A stretch of DNA of 64,000 nt from Alphaproteobacteria bacterium. Lineage in GTDB: Bacteria; Pseudomonadota; Alphaproteobacteria; UBA6615. A program made the position numbers and the translations under genes. Under the pieces are notes generated by a model. It had not been told where the DNA came from. It worked only from the letters and a program-made list of their open reading frames with translations, and made no database searches. Of the stretch, positions 28,053 to 36,839 are shown piece after piece (position 1 is the first letter of the stretch; each line of letters begins with the position of its first letter). The stretch is taken from positions 4,684 through 68,683 of the forward strand of contig CBDHDN010000019.1 of the NCBI GenBank assembly GCA_965261585.1, read 5' to 3'.

Positions 28053-28829
28053 ATGACCGACGTCCTGAGCCAATTCCGGCTCGACGACGCGGTCGCGCTG
28101 GTCACCGGCGCCGCGAGCGGCTTCGGCCGGGCGACGGCCGAGGCGCTGGCCGCCGCGGGCGCCACGGTCGCGGTGACCGATGTGGACGGCGCGGCGGCGG
28201 AGCGGGCCGCGGCGGCGCTCGGCGGCAGCGCGTTCGCGGCGGCGCTGGATATCGGCGACGAGGCGCAAATCGTAGACGTCGTCGCGGCCGTCGCGGCCGT
28301 CGCGGCGCAGCGCGGGCGCCTCGACGTCCTGGTCAACAACGCCGGCATCGGCGCCCGCATGGCGGCCGAGGACATGCCAACGGCGACCTGGGAGCGGGTC
28401 GTCGCGGTCAACCTGACCGGCACGTTCGTCGCCACGCGCGAGGCCGGCCGCCACATGCTGGCGCGCGGCAAGGGCGCGATCGTCAACGTCGCCTCGATCA
28501 TGGGGCTGGTCGGCGGCGGGCTCTACCCGAACCCGGCCTACCAGGCGACGAAGGGCGCGATCGTCAACCTGACGCGCGAGCTGGCGCTGGAATGGGCCGA
28601 CCGCGGCGTGCGGGTCAACGCCGTGGCGCCGACATTCGCGCGCACGCCGCTGACGGAAAAACTGCTGGCCGAGCCGGGGATGGAGCGCCGCATAATCGAG
28701 AACACGCCCATGGGCCGCCTCGTCGAGCCGGCGGAGGTGGCCGCCGCCGTCTTGTTCCTGGCGAGCGACGCGGCGGCCATGATCACCGGCCACACGCTGC
28801 CGGTCGACGGCGGCTGGCTGGCCCGATGA
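28053..28829 (+). CDS. Short-chain dehydrogenase/reductase
   Basis: TGAASGFG, NNAG, YQATK, VNAVAP, VDGG. Confidence 0.92.
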   Translation: MTDVLSQFRLDDAVALVTGAASGFGRATAEALAAAGATVAVTDVDGAAAERAAAALGGSAFAAALDIGDEAQIVDVVAAVAAVAAQRGRLDVLVNNAGIGARMAAEDMPTATWERVVAVNLTGTFVATREAGRHMLARGKGAIVNVASIMGLVGGGLYPNPAYQATKGAIVNLTRELALEWADRGVRVNAVAPTFARTPLTEKLLAEPGMERRIIENTPMGRLVEPAEVAAAVLFLASDAAAMITGHTLPVDGGWLAR

Positions 28830-29653
28830 CGACGGCGGCGGCCGCCGGAAACGGCACAAGCACCGAGGGCGGCGACCAGAGGGCCGGCGACCAGCGCGCT
28901 GGCGAGCGGATCGCCAAGGTGATGGCGCGGGCCGGCCTGTGCTCACGCCGCGAGGCCGAGCGCTGGATCGGCGCCGGCCGCGTCGCCGTCGACGGCAAGA
29001 TCCTGACCAGCCCGGGCGTCGTCGTCACGCCGGCCTCGCGCATCGTCGTCGATGGGCGGCCGCTGCCGGCGGCGGCACCGCCACGGCTGTGGCGCTATCA
29101 CAAGCCGCCGGGCCTGTTGACGACCCGGCACGACCCGCAGGGCCGGCCGACCGTGTTCGCGGCGTTGCCGCCGGCGCTGCCGCGCATCGTCACCGTCGGC
29201 CGCCTCGACATGACGTCCGAGGGCCTGCTGCTGCTGACCAACGACGGCGCGATCGCGCGGGCGCTGGAGCTGCCGTCGACGGGCTGGACGCGGCGCTATC
29301 GGGTCCGCGTGTTCGGCCGTGTCGACGCGGCGGCGCTGGCCGCGCTGGCCCGCGGCGTCACGGTCAGCGGCGTGCGCTACGGGCCGATCGAGGCGGCGCT
29401 GGAACGCCAGGCCGGCGCCAATGCCTGGCTCACGGTGGCGCTGAGCGAGGGCAAGAACCGCGAGGTGCGGATCGTGCTGGAGCATCTGGGCTATGTCGTC
29501 AACCGGCTGATCCGCATCGCCTACGGCCCGTTCCAGCTCGGCAACCTGAAGCGCGGCGCCGTCGACGAGATCAAGCACCGGGTGCTGCACGACCAGCTGC
29601 CGGCATTCTTTGCCAAGGCCCCACGCCGGCGCGATGCGCATCGTCGGCGGTAG
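28826..29653 (+). CDS. rluB: 23S rRNA pseudouridine synthase (RluB/RsuA family)
   Basis: S4 domain ERIAKVMARAGLCSRREAE; KPPG; GRLD; EGKNREVR. Confidence 0.85.
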   Translation: MTTAAAAGNGTSTEGGDQRAGDQRAGERIAKVMARAGLCSRREAERWIGAGRVAVDGKILTSPGVVVTPASRIVVDGRPLPAAAPPRLWRYHKPPGLLTTRHDPQGRPTVFAALPPALPRIVTVGRLDMTSEGLLLLTNDGAIARALELPSTGWTRRYRVRVFGRVDAAALAALARGVTVSGVRYGPIEAALERQAGANAWLTVALSEGKNREVRIVLEHLGYVVNRLIRIAYGPFQLGNLKRGAVDEIKHRVLHDQLPAFFAKAPRRRDAHRRR

Positions 29654-30197
29654 CTACCGGGGCCGCCGCCTGGCCGTGCCCGAGGGCGCGCCGGTGCGGC
29701 CGACGCGCGAACGGGTGCGCGAGGCGCTGTTCGATATCCTGGCGCACGGCATCGGCGTGACGCTCAGCGGCGCCCACGTCGTCGACGCGTTCGCCGGCAC
29801 CGGCGCCCTCGGCTTCGAGGCGCTGTCGCGCGGCGCCGCGGCCGTGACGTTCATGGAGACCGACCGGGCGGCGCGCCAGGCGATCCGCGCTGCCGCGGCG
29901 GCGCTGGACGCGGCGGACCGGGCGCACGTCCTGGCCGCCGATGCGCTGCGGCCGCCGGCGGCGGACGCCGCCTGCACCCTCGCCCTCATGGACCCGCCCT
30001 ACGGTAGCGGCCTGGCGGCCCCGGCCCTGACCGCCCTCGCCGCCGGCGGCTGGCTGGCCGACGGTGCCGTCGCCGTCGTCGAGCAGGGCGCGCGCGCGAC
30101 GCTCGACCCACCGAGGGGCTTCACGCCCATGGATGAACGCCGCTACGGGACGACCCGGCTGGTGTTCCTGGGGTACGCGGCGTCGGCGGGCGGGTAG
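29634..30197 (+). CDS. rsmD: 16S rRNA m2G966 methyltransferase
   Basis: MRIVGG, RPT..REALF, FAGTGALGFEALSRGA, DPPY. Confidence 0.93.
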   Translation: MRIVGGSYRGRRLAVPEGAPVRPTRERVREALFDILAHGIGVTLSGAHVVDAFAGTGALGFEALSRGAAAVTFMETDRAARQAIRAAAAALDAADRAHVLAADALRPPAADAACTLALMDPPYGSGLAAPALTALAAGGWLADGAVAVVEQGARATLDPPRGFTPMDERRYGTTRLVFLGYAASAGG

Positions 30198-30222
30198 CCC
30201 GGCGCGGGCCATACAGATAACT

Positions 30223-30340
30223 GTCATCCCGGACCCGATCCGGGATCCATTCAACGATCAGGCGCGTTGCCGCAGTGCGAGGCGCCATCGCACGATCACG
30301 CCTGAATGTGCCATGGGCCCGGCTCAAGACCGGGGTGACG
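30223..30340. repeat. REP-like paired palindromes
   Basis: GTCATCCCGGACCCGATCCGGGATCCA..TGGGCCCGGCTCAAGACCGGGGTGAC between convergent genes. Confidence 0.6.
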
Positions 30341-30405
30341 AGCCTTGTTTTCGTTGGTCCAATCGGCCAACGGTGCCGCCATGCCGGCGCGATAGGGCGC
30401 GGCTG

Positions 30406-32202
30406 TCACCGCCGGCCGAACAGGCGCTCGATGTCGGCGAGCTTGAGCTCGACGTAGGTCGGGCGGCCGTGGTTGCATTGGCCGGCGTGGGGCGTCGCCT
30501 CCATCTGGCGCAGAAGCGCGTTCATCTCGTCGGCATTGAGGGCGCGGCCGGCGCGGACGCTGCCGTGGCAGGCCATGGTGCCACAGACCGCCTCGAGGCG
30601 CTCCTTGAGCGACAGGGCGGCGTCGAATTCGGCGAGGTCGTCGGCGAGGTCGCGGACGAGCGCGGCGGCGTCGGGGTTGCCCAACAGCGCCGGCACCTCG
30701 CGGACGACGACGGCGCCCCGGCCGAACGGCTCGAGGACGAGGCCGAGCTCGGCGAGTTCGGCGGCGCGCGCGGCGAGGCGGTCGGCGGCGGCCTCGTCGA
30801 GCTCGACAACCTCGGGCAGCAGCAGGCCCTGGCGGGCGACGCCGCCATTGGCGAGCGCCGCCTTCATGCCCTCGTAGACGAGGCGCTCATGGGCCGCGTG
30901 CTGATCGACGATGACTATGCCGTCGCCGGTCTGGGCGACGATGTAGGTGCCGTGGACCTGGGCCCGGGCGGCGCCGAGGGGATAGTCGGTCGCAGCGGAG
31001 TCGGGTGCCGCGGCGGGCGCAGCCAGCGCGGCACCCAGGCCCGGCAAGGCCGAATCGTCCATACCCGGCGGCGCGAAGTAGCGCGCGGCGGTTTCGGCGA
31101 GGCCACGCGGCACGGCGCTGCCGGGGTGCGCGGCGTAGCCGCCGCCACCGTGGCTGCGGAACGCGCCCAGCGCGGCCGCCGCGACGGTCGTCGAGGCGCG
31201 GTGGCCGGCGGCGGCGAGCGCGGCCTTGAGGGCACCGACGATGAGGCCGCGGACATGACCGGCGTCGCGGAAGCGCACCTCGGCCTTGGCCGGATGCACG
31301 TTGACGTCGACCGCGGCCGGGTCGACGTCGAGGAACAGGGCGACGACGGGGTGACGGTCGCGCGCCAGGAAGTCCTGATAGGCGCCGCGCACGGCGCCGT
31401 GCAGCAGGCGGTCGCGCACCGGCCGGCCATTGACGAACAGGTACTGGTGGCGGGCCTGGCCGCGGTTCAGAGTCGGCACGCCGGCGAAGCCGGCCAGGCG
31501 CAGTGTCTCGCGGGCGGCCTCGATGGGCAGCGCGTTGTCGGCGAAGTCGCGGCCGAGCACGGCGGCCAGGCGGTCGAGCCGGCCATCCAACAGGTCCCCC
31601 TGGGCCGCCGCGACCTTGAGCTTGGTCGCATCGTCGGCGACCAGCGTGAAGGCGACGCCGGGGTGGGCCATGGCGAGGCGCTGCACGGCGTCGACGGCGT
31701 GCTCGGCCTCGGTGCGCGGCGTCTTGAGGAACTTGAGGCGCGCCGGCGTCGCGAAGAACAGATCGCGGACCTCGACGCGGGTGCCCGGCGGGTGGGCCGC
31801 CGGCGCGACGGTGCCGACGACGCCGCCCTCGACCGCCAGGCGCCAGGCGGTGTCGGCGCCGAGCGGGCGCGTCGTCAGCGTGAGTCGGCTGACGGCGCCG
31901 ATCGACGGCAGCGCCTCGCCACGGAAGCCGAGGGTGGTGATGCGCGCGAGGTCGTCGTCGGGCAGCTTCGAGGTGGCGTGGCGCTCGACCGCCAGCGGCA
32001 GCGCGGCGGCGTCCATGCCGGCGCCGTCATCGGTGACGGCGATCAGCGTGCGGCCGCCGTCGCACAGCACAATTTCGATGCGCCGGGCGCCGGCGTCGAG
32101 GGCGTTCTCGACGATCTCCTTGACCGCCGCGGCCGGACGCTCGACGACCTCGCCGGCGGCGATGCGGTTGACCAGGCTGTCGGGAAGACGACGAATCTTC
32201 AT
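30406..32202 (-). CDS. mutL: DNA mismatch repair endonuclease MutL
   Basis: [42 protein letters not shown]. Confidence 0.97.
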   Translation of the reverse strand: MKIRRLPDSLVNRIAAGEVVERPAAAVKEIVENALDAGARRIEIVLCDGGRTLIAVTDDGAGMDAAALPLAVERHATSKLPDDDLARITTLGFRGEALPSIGAVSRLTLTTRPLGADTAWRLAVEGGVVGTVAPAAHPPGTRVEVRDLFFATPARLKFLKTPRTEAEHAVDAVQRLAMAHPGVAFTLVADDATKLKVAAAQGDLLDGRLDRLAAVLGRDFADNALPIEAARETLRLAGFAGVPTLNRGQARHQYLFVNGRPVRDRLLHGAVRGAYQDFLARDRHPVVALFLDVDPAAVDVNVHPAKAEVRFRDAGHVRGLIVGALKAALAAAGHRASTTVAAAALGAFRSHGGGGYAAHPGSAVPRGLAETAARYFAPPGMDDSALPGLGAALAAPAAAPDSAATDYPLGAARAQVHGTYIVAQTGDGIVIVDQHAAHERLVYEGMKAALANGGVARQGLLLPEVVELDEAAADRLAARAAELAELGLVLEPFGRGAVVVREVPALLGNPDAAALVRDLADDLAEFDAALSLKERLEAVCGTMACHGSVRAGRALNADEMNALLRQMEATPHAGQCNHGRPTYVELKLADIERLFGRR

Positions 32203-32376
32203 GGCCGCGCGAGTGTGCGCCGATGGCCGGACGGGTGCAAGCGCACACCATACAAATGCCAGTCATCCCGGACCGGACCTAGTTATTTGCCTGGTGAAAC
32301 CGTGAGCACATGGCAGAAGCGATGGCCTACCCTTGGCTTTGACGATCCGCCGAAGGTGAGGCCAGGAACAACGATC

Positions 32377-32539
32377 TGAATCCCCGACCTTGAGCCGGGG
32401 CCCATGAACACGGAGCGAGCTGAGTCTGCGAAGCAACGCGGATCACATCGGGGGGTCGTTGGATCGGAAGAACGCCGGTCCGCGCCCGCTTCACCCAACG
32501 TTCCGTGTTCCTGGGCCCCGGCTCAGGGCCGGGGATTCA
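32377..32539. repeat. Long imperfect inverted repeat (REP pair)
   Basis: TGAATCCCCG..GAGCCGGGGCCCA.GAACACGGA pairs with TCCGTGTTC.TGGGCCCCGGCTC..CGGGGATTCA. Confidence 0.7.
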
Positions 32540-32561
32540 AACCAGTGTGGCCTGCTGGAAC

Positions 32562-33953
32562 CTAACCGCCGCCTTGCGCGGACGTCGGCGCGACGCCCTC
32601 GGGGCGGCCGACGACGACGACGGTGAGGGCATCGGGGTCGAGGAAGCGGCGGGCGACGCGTTCCAAATCGGCGCTCCCAACGGCTTCGATGAAGCCGTTG
32701 CGGCGGTCGATGTAGTCGATGCCGAGATCCTCGAGCTGCATGCCGACGAGGGTGCGGGCGATCGAGCGGCTGTCGCTGAAGCGCAGGGCAAAGCCGCCGG
32801 TCAGATTGGTCTTGGCGTCGGTCAGCTCGGCGGCGCTTACGCCGTCGTCGCGGATGCGGCGCCACTCCTCGCGGATAATGCCGAGGGACTGGCCGACCGT
32901 GGCGTTGTCGGTGCCGACGCCGCCCATCCACATCGCCGCATGATCGAGCGGGTTCAGGTAGCTGTACACGGAATAGGCGAGCCCGCGCTCCTCCCGGACC
33001 TCTTGGTAGAGCCGTGAGGTGAAGCTGCCGCCGCCGAGCACGTGGTTCAGCACATAGGCGGCGTAGTAGTCGGGGTCGGCGCGCTTGAGGCCGGGCTGGC
33101 CGAACACGACCGTGCTCTGGGGCACGTCCTGGGCGACGACGATGACCTCGCCAGCGGCGCCGGCGGAGACCTCCGGCACATGGAACGGCTGGCCGGCCCG
33201 GGGTAAGCTACCGAACGTCTGGTCGAGCAGCGGTGCCAGGGCGTCGGCGGTGATGTCGCCGACGACGCCGAGGGTCAGGGTGTCCCTGGCGAAGCGGGCG
33301 GCGACGAACCCACGCAGGTCGGCGGTCGTGATCGCGGCGACGCTTTCCGCGGTGCCGCGGCGCGGCCGGCCATAGGGATGGTCGGGAAACACGGCCGCCC
33401 AGAACGTGTTGCTGGCGATCGTATCGGGATCGTTCAGCCGGCGCGCCAGGATGGTCTGGATCTGGCTGCGGATGCGCTCGACCGGCTCGGCATCGAAGCG
33501 CGGCTCGGTCAGGGCCAGGCGCATCAGGTCGAACGCTTCGGCATGATTGCGGGTCAACGTGCGCAGGCTGCCGCGGAACGTGTCGAGGAAGCCGTCGAAG
33601 CCGAGCGTGATCGACAGGTCGTCGAGGCGGCCCTGAAAGGCCTGGGAATCGAGGTCGCCGGCGCCCTCGTCGATGACGCTGGAGACCATCTGGGCCAGCC
33701 CCTCCTTGCCGGCGGGGTCGAGCGCGGCGCCGCCGCGGATGGCGAGCTCGAGGGTGATGATCGGCGTCTGGTGGTCCTCGACCAGCCAGGCCTCGATGCC
33801 GCCGGGGCTGACGACGCGCTGGACCTCGACGGCGCGCGCCGGCGCGGCGGCGATGACGAGCAACGCCACGGCGACGCCCCAGGTAACGCCACAGACACGG
33901 GCCGCCGGACGCGGCAGCAGGGATCGCTTGCGCATGCGGGGGGCTCCGTTCAT
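32562..33953 (-). CDS. M16 peptidase, non-catalytic subunit
   Basis: SPGGIEAWLVED, LGGGSFTSRLYQEVREERGLAYSV; no HxxEH. Confidence 0.9.
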   Translation of the reverse strand: MNGAPRMRKRSLLPRPAARVCGVTWGVAVALLVIAAAPARAVEVQRVVSPGGIEAWLVEDHQTPIITLELAIRGGAALDPAGKEGLAQMVSSVIDEGAGDLDSQAFQGRLDDLSITLGFDGFLDTFRGSLRTLTRNHAEAFDLMRLALTEPRFDAEPVERIRSQIQTILARRLNDPDTIASNTFWAAVFPDHPYGRPRRGTAESVAAITTADLRGFVAARFARDTLTLGVVGDITADALAPLLDQTFGSLPRAGQPFHVPEVSAGAAGEVIVVAQDVPQSTVVFGQPGLKRADPDYYAAYVLNHVLGGGSFTSRLYQEVREERGLAYSVYSYLNPLDHAAMWMGGVGTDNATVGQSLGIIREEWRRIRDDGVSAAELTDAKTNLTGGFALRFSDSRSIARTLVGMQLEDLGIDYIDRRNGFIEAVGSADLERVARRFLDPDALTVVVVGRPEGVAPTSAQGGG

Positions 33954-35314
33954 GTCCGTTCCGGCAACAGCACGCCGGTCGTCGAGGTGACGTCGCGCAG
34001 GACCGCGCGCGCCGCCTCGTTCACCTGCTCGACCGTGACCTCGGCGATCCGGTCGGGCCAGGCCTCGACGTCGTCCGCGGTCTGGCCGCTGGCCAGGGCC
34101 GAGCCGAGCGCGCGGGCCGCGGTGCTGAGACTGTCGCGGGCGAAGACCGCGCTGTCGACGAGGCGCTGCTTGGCGCGGGCGACCTCGTCCGCCGTGACGC
34201 CATCGGCGAGCAGCTTCTCGACCTCGGCCGCCAGCGCGGCCTCGATCACGTCGACCTCGACGCCGGGCCGCGGGCTGAAGAACGTGCCGAACGTACCGAG
34301 GTCGAGGCTGTCGGCCTGGTACCAGGCGCCGGCGGAGGCCGCCAACGCCTGCTCGACGACGAGGCTGCGGAACAGCCGGCCGCTGGAGCCGCCACCGAAG
34401 ACCTCGGCCAGGACCTGCAGGGCATAGGCGTATTCGGTGTCGCCGGCGGAGTAGCTGGGGGCGATGTAGCGGCGGTTCCAGCTCGGCTGCTGGACCCGCG
34501 CATCCTCGAGCACGACGCGCCGGGCCGCCCGCTGCGGCGGCTCGGCCGGGCGCCGCCGCTGCGGCAGTACGGCGGCCGGGATCGGGCCATAGTGACGCTC
34601 GGCCAGGGCGTGCACCGCGGCCGGATCGACGTCGCCGGCGACGACCAGGATCGCGTTGTTGGGGGCGTACCAGGTGGCGTAGAAATCCTCGACGTCGGCC
34701 AGGGTGAGGCCGCGGATCTCATGCTCCCAGCCGATCACGGGCAGCCCGTAGGGGTGGTTCTGGAACGTCGCGGCGCGCACCTGCTCGCCGAGGATGCCGC
34801 CGGGCGACGACTCGACGCGCTGGGAACGCTCCTCGAGCACGACCTGGCGCTCGGGCTGGAACACGTCATCGGTCAGCACCAGGCCGGTCATGCGCCCGGC
34901 CTCGAGCTCCATCATCAGGCCGAGCCGGTCGGCGGCGACGGTCTGGAAGTAGCCCGTGTAGTCGTAAGCCGTGAAGGCGTTCTCGCGGCCACCGTTGCGG
35001 GCGATGATGTCGGAGAATTCGCCCGGCGCCCGCGTCTTCGTGCCCTTGAACATCAAGTGCTCGAGGAAGTGGGCAATGCCGGATTTGCCCGGCGGCTCGT
35101 CGGCGGCGCCGACCTTGTACCAGACCATGTGGGTGACGATCGGCGCGCGGTGATTCTCGACGACGACGAGCTGCATGCCATTGTCGAGCGTGAACGTCGT
35201 CGGGCTGAAAACCTGGGCGGGAGCCGCCGTTGCGGCGCCGGCGACGATCAGCCCGGCGACGAGGGCGGGCGACAACCGGGTCAGCGTGCGCCGGGTCGGG
35301 GTGCGCGGAGCCAT
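33950..35314 (-). CDS. M16 zinc peptidase, catalytic subunit
   Basis: GIAHFLEHLMFKGT, NAFT, HPYGLPVIGW. Confidence 0.93.
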   Translation of the reverse strand: MAPRTPTRRTLTRLSPALVAGLIVAGAATAAPAQVFSPTTFTLDNGMQLVVVENHRAPIVTHMVWYKVGAADEPPGKSGIAHFLEHLMFKGTKTRAPGEFSDIIARNGGRENAFTAYDYTGYFQTVAADRLGLMMELEAGRMTGLVLTDDVFQPERQVVLEERSQRVESSPGGILGEQVRAATFQNHPYGLPVIGWEHEIRGLTLADVEDFYATWYAPNNAILVVAGDVDPAAVHALAERHYGPIPAAVLPQRRRPAEPPQRAARRVVLEDARVQQPSWNRRYIAPSYSAGDTEYAYALQVLAEVFGGGSSGRLFRSLVVEQALAASAGAWYQADSLDLGTFGTFFSPRPGVEVDVIEAALAAEVEKLLADGVTADEVARAKQRLVDSAVFARDSLSTAARALGSALASGQTADDVEAWPDRIAEVTVEQVNEAARAVLRDVTSTTGVLLPERT

Positions 35315-35560
35315 GCCTCTACCTTGCGTATAGGTTAGCGGGCGAAACGGTGCAAGAGATATGGCCCGCGCCGGCGCAACTGCAAGCCTGAAGCCGCCGA
35401 GCGGAGCGTCACAAGGGCGCGATGGGCGGTGCCCCTCCGCAAGCCTGCGTCAGGTGAGAAACGCTGTTTGAATCACAGAGGCACGGAGGCACAGAGAAAA
35501 CCAAAAACCCCGCACCGGGTCCACTGCTGTCCGGTCTAGACAGTGACGAACCTCCCCACT

Positions 35561-35653
35561 CTCGTCTTTGGGCTTGTCCCAAGGACCCATGCTTGCGCCC
35601 GCACAGTGGCGTGAGCCTGTGCGATGGGCCCTCGTGTCAAGCACGAGGGTGAC
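35561..35653. repeat. REP-like element, close relative of 61225-61320
   Basis: TTGGGCTTGTCCCAAGG..CATGCTTGCGCCCGCAC..GATGGGCCCTCGTG..CACGAGGGTGAC shared by both copies. Confidence 0.75.
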
Positions 35654-35685
35654 GCGTCTGGGTAGCGGAGGCGGGAAAGAGCCTC

Positions 35686-36324
35686 CTAGAGGAGGCCTTC
35701 CAAGAGGCCGCGTTCCTTGCGCTCGATCCTCGGGGTTTCGCCCTCGGTGACGGGGCGGCCGAGGGCCTGGTTCTCGCGCAGGCGCTGGCCCTCCGCGGCG
35801 GCATCGACGACCGTGCCCTTGGGCTCGTCGAAATTGAGCAGGCGATCGATGAACGTCACGTCGGCCTTGGCCAACACGGCGCTTTCGCGATCGACAATCA
35901 AGCGGATCCCCGGCGCCGCCGTGGCGGCGCCGGCGAGTCTCAACAGCGCGGCCTCGCCGACGGTCGTGGTCTGCACGCCAGCGCGCGGCGCGGCGACGGG
36001 CGCGTCGGGTCCCGCGGCGAGGCTGATTTCACCACCGCCGTTGGCGCCATCGGCACTGCCGGCGTCGAGCCCGAACACGGCCCGGCGCGCCCGCTCGCGC
36101 AGGGCGGCAATCTGCTGCGGCTCGGCGCCGGGCTGCGGCGGCCGCAGGTTGAAATCGGGCGGAATGCTGAGCGGTGGACGCGAGACCACCGCAAACTCGT
36201 CGGGCGCCTTGTTCTCGAGCCCGAAGGTACGCTTCGCGCTCGCGCAGGCGCTCAACGCCGCCGCCGCCGCCAACAGCAACGCGACAGGCAGGCCGACCCG
36301 GCCCCGCAGCATGGTCACTCGCAT
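35686..36324 (-). CDS. DUF3035-family lipoprotein
   Basis: Lipobox LSAC; PDEFAVVSRPPLSIPPDFNLRPP; typical lspA-downstream position. Confidence 0.85.
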   Translation of the reverse strand: MRVTMLRGRVGLPVALLLAAAAALSACASAKRTFGLENKAPDEFAVVSRPPLSIPPDFNLRPPQPGAEPQQIAALRERARRAVFGLDAGSADGANGGGEISLAAGPDAPVAAPRAGVQTTTVGEAALLRLAGAATAAPGIRLIVDRESAVLAKADVTFIDRLLNFDEPKGTVVDAAAEGQRLRENQALGRPVTEGETPRIERKERGLLEGLL

Positions 36325-36341
36325 CGTCGCCTCCGAAACGC

Positions 36342-36839
36342 CTATTCTACCTGTCCCTGCCGGGTAAACAAGCCGTCCGCCAATAGCACGAGGACGCCGA
36401 CGACAATCGCCGAATCGGCGACGTTGAAGGCCGGCCAGTGCCGGTCGAAAGCGTGAAAATCGAGGAAGTCGACGACGGCACCGCGGGCGACCCGGTCGAT
36501 GACGTTGCCGAGCGCGCCGCCCATAACGAGGCCGATGCCGATGGCCAGCGGCCGGGTCTCGGCGCGCCACAGCCAGACGGCGAGGCCAACGACGATGGCC
36601 AGCGCAAGCGCGGTCAGGGACCAACGGGCGAAGCCTTCGCTGCCGCCGAAGAAGCCGAAGCTGATGCCGCGGTTCTCGACATAGACCAGGTTGAAGAACC
36701 CGGTGACCTCGACGACCCAGGGGCGGAACACGACCTGCTGGACGATGGCCAGCTTTGTCGCCTGGTCGACGACGATGATCGCCGCCGTCAGCGCGAACGC
36801 CAGGCGGCGCAAGCCGGGGCGCGGCGGTGTGTCGGTCAC
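36342..36839 (-). CDS. lspA: Lipoprotein signal peptidase
   Basis: DQATK, NRGISFG, GGALGNVIDR, VVDF, PAFNVAD; GTG start overlaps the ileS stop. Confidence 0.95.
   Translation of the reverse strand: MTDTPPRPGLRRLAFALTAAIIVVDQATKLAIVQQVVFRPWVVEVTGFFNLVYVENRGISFGFFGGSEGFARWSLTALALAIVVGLAVWLWRAETRPLAIGIGLVMGGALGNVIDRVARGAVVDFLDFHAFDRHWPAFNVADSAIVVGVLVLLADGLFTRQGQVE

Noticed and set aside
28281-28900. Short in-frame repeats (VAA x3 in the SDR; GDQRA x2 at the rluB N-terminus)
   Set aside because: Small in-frame slippage duplications in GC-rich DNA with no evidence of function
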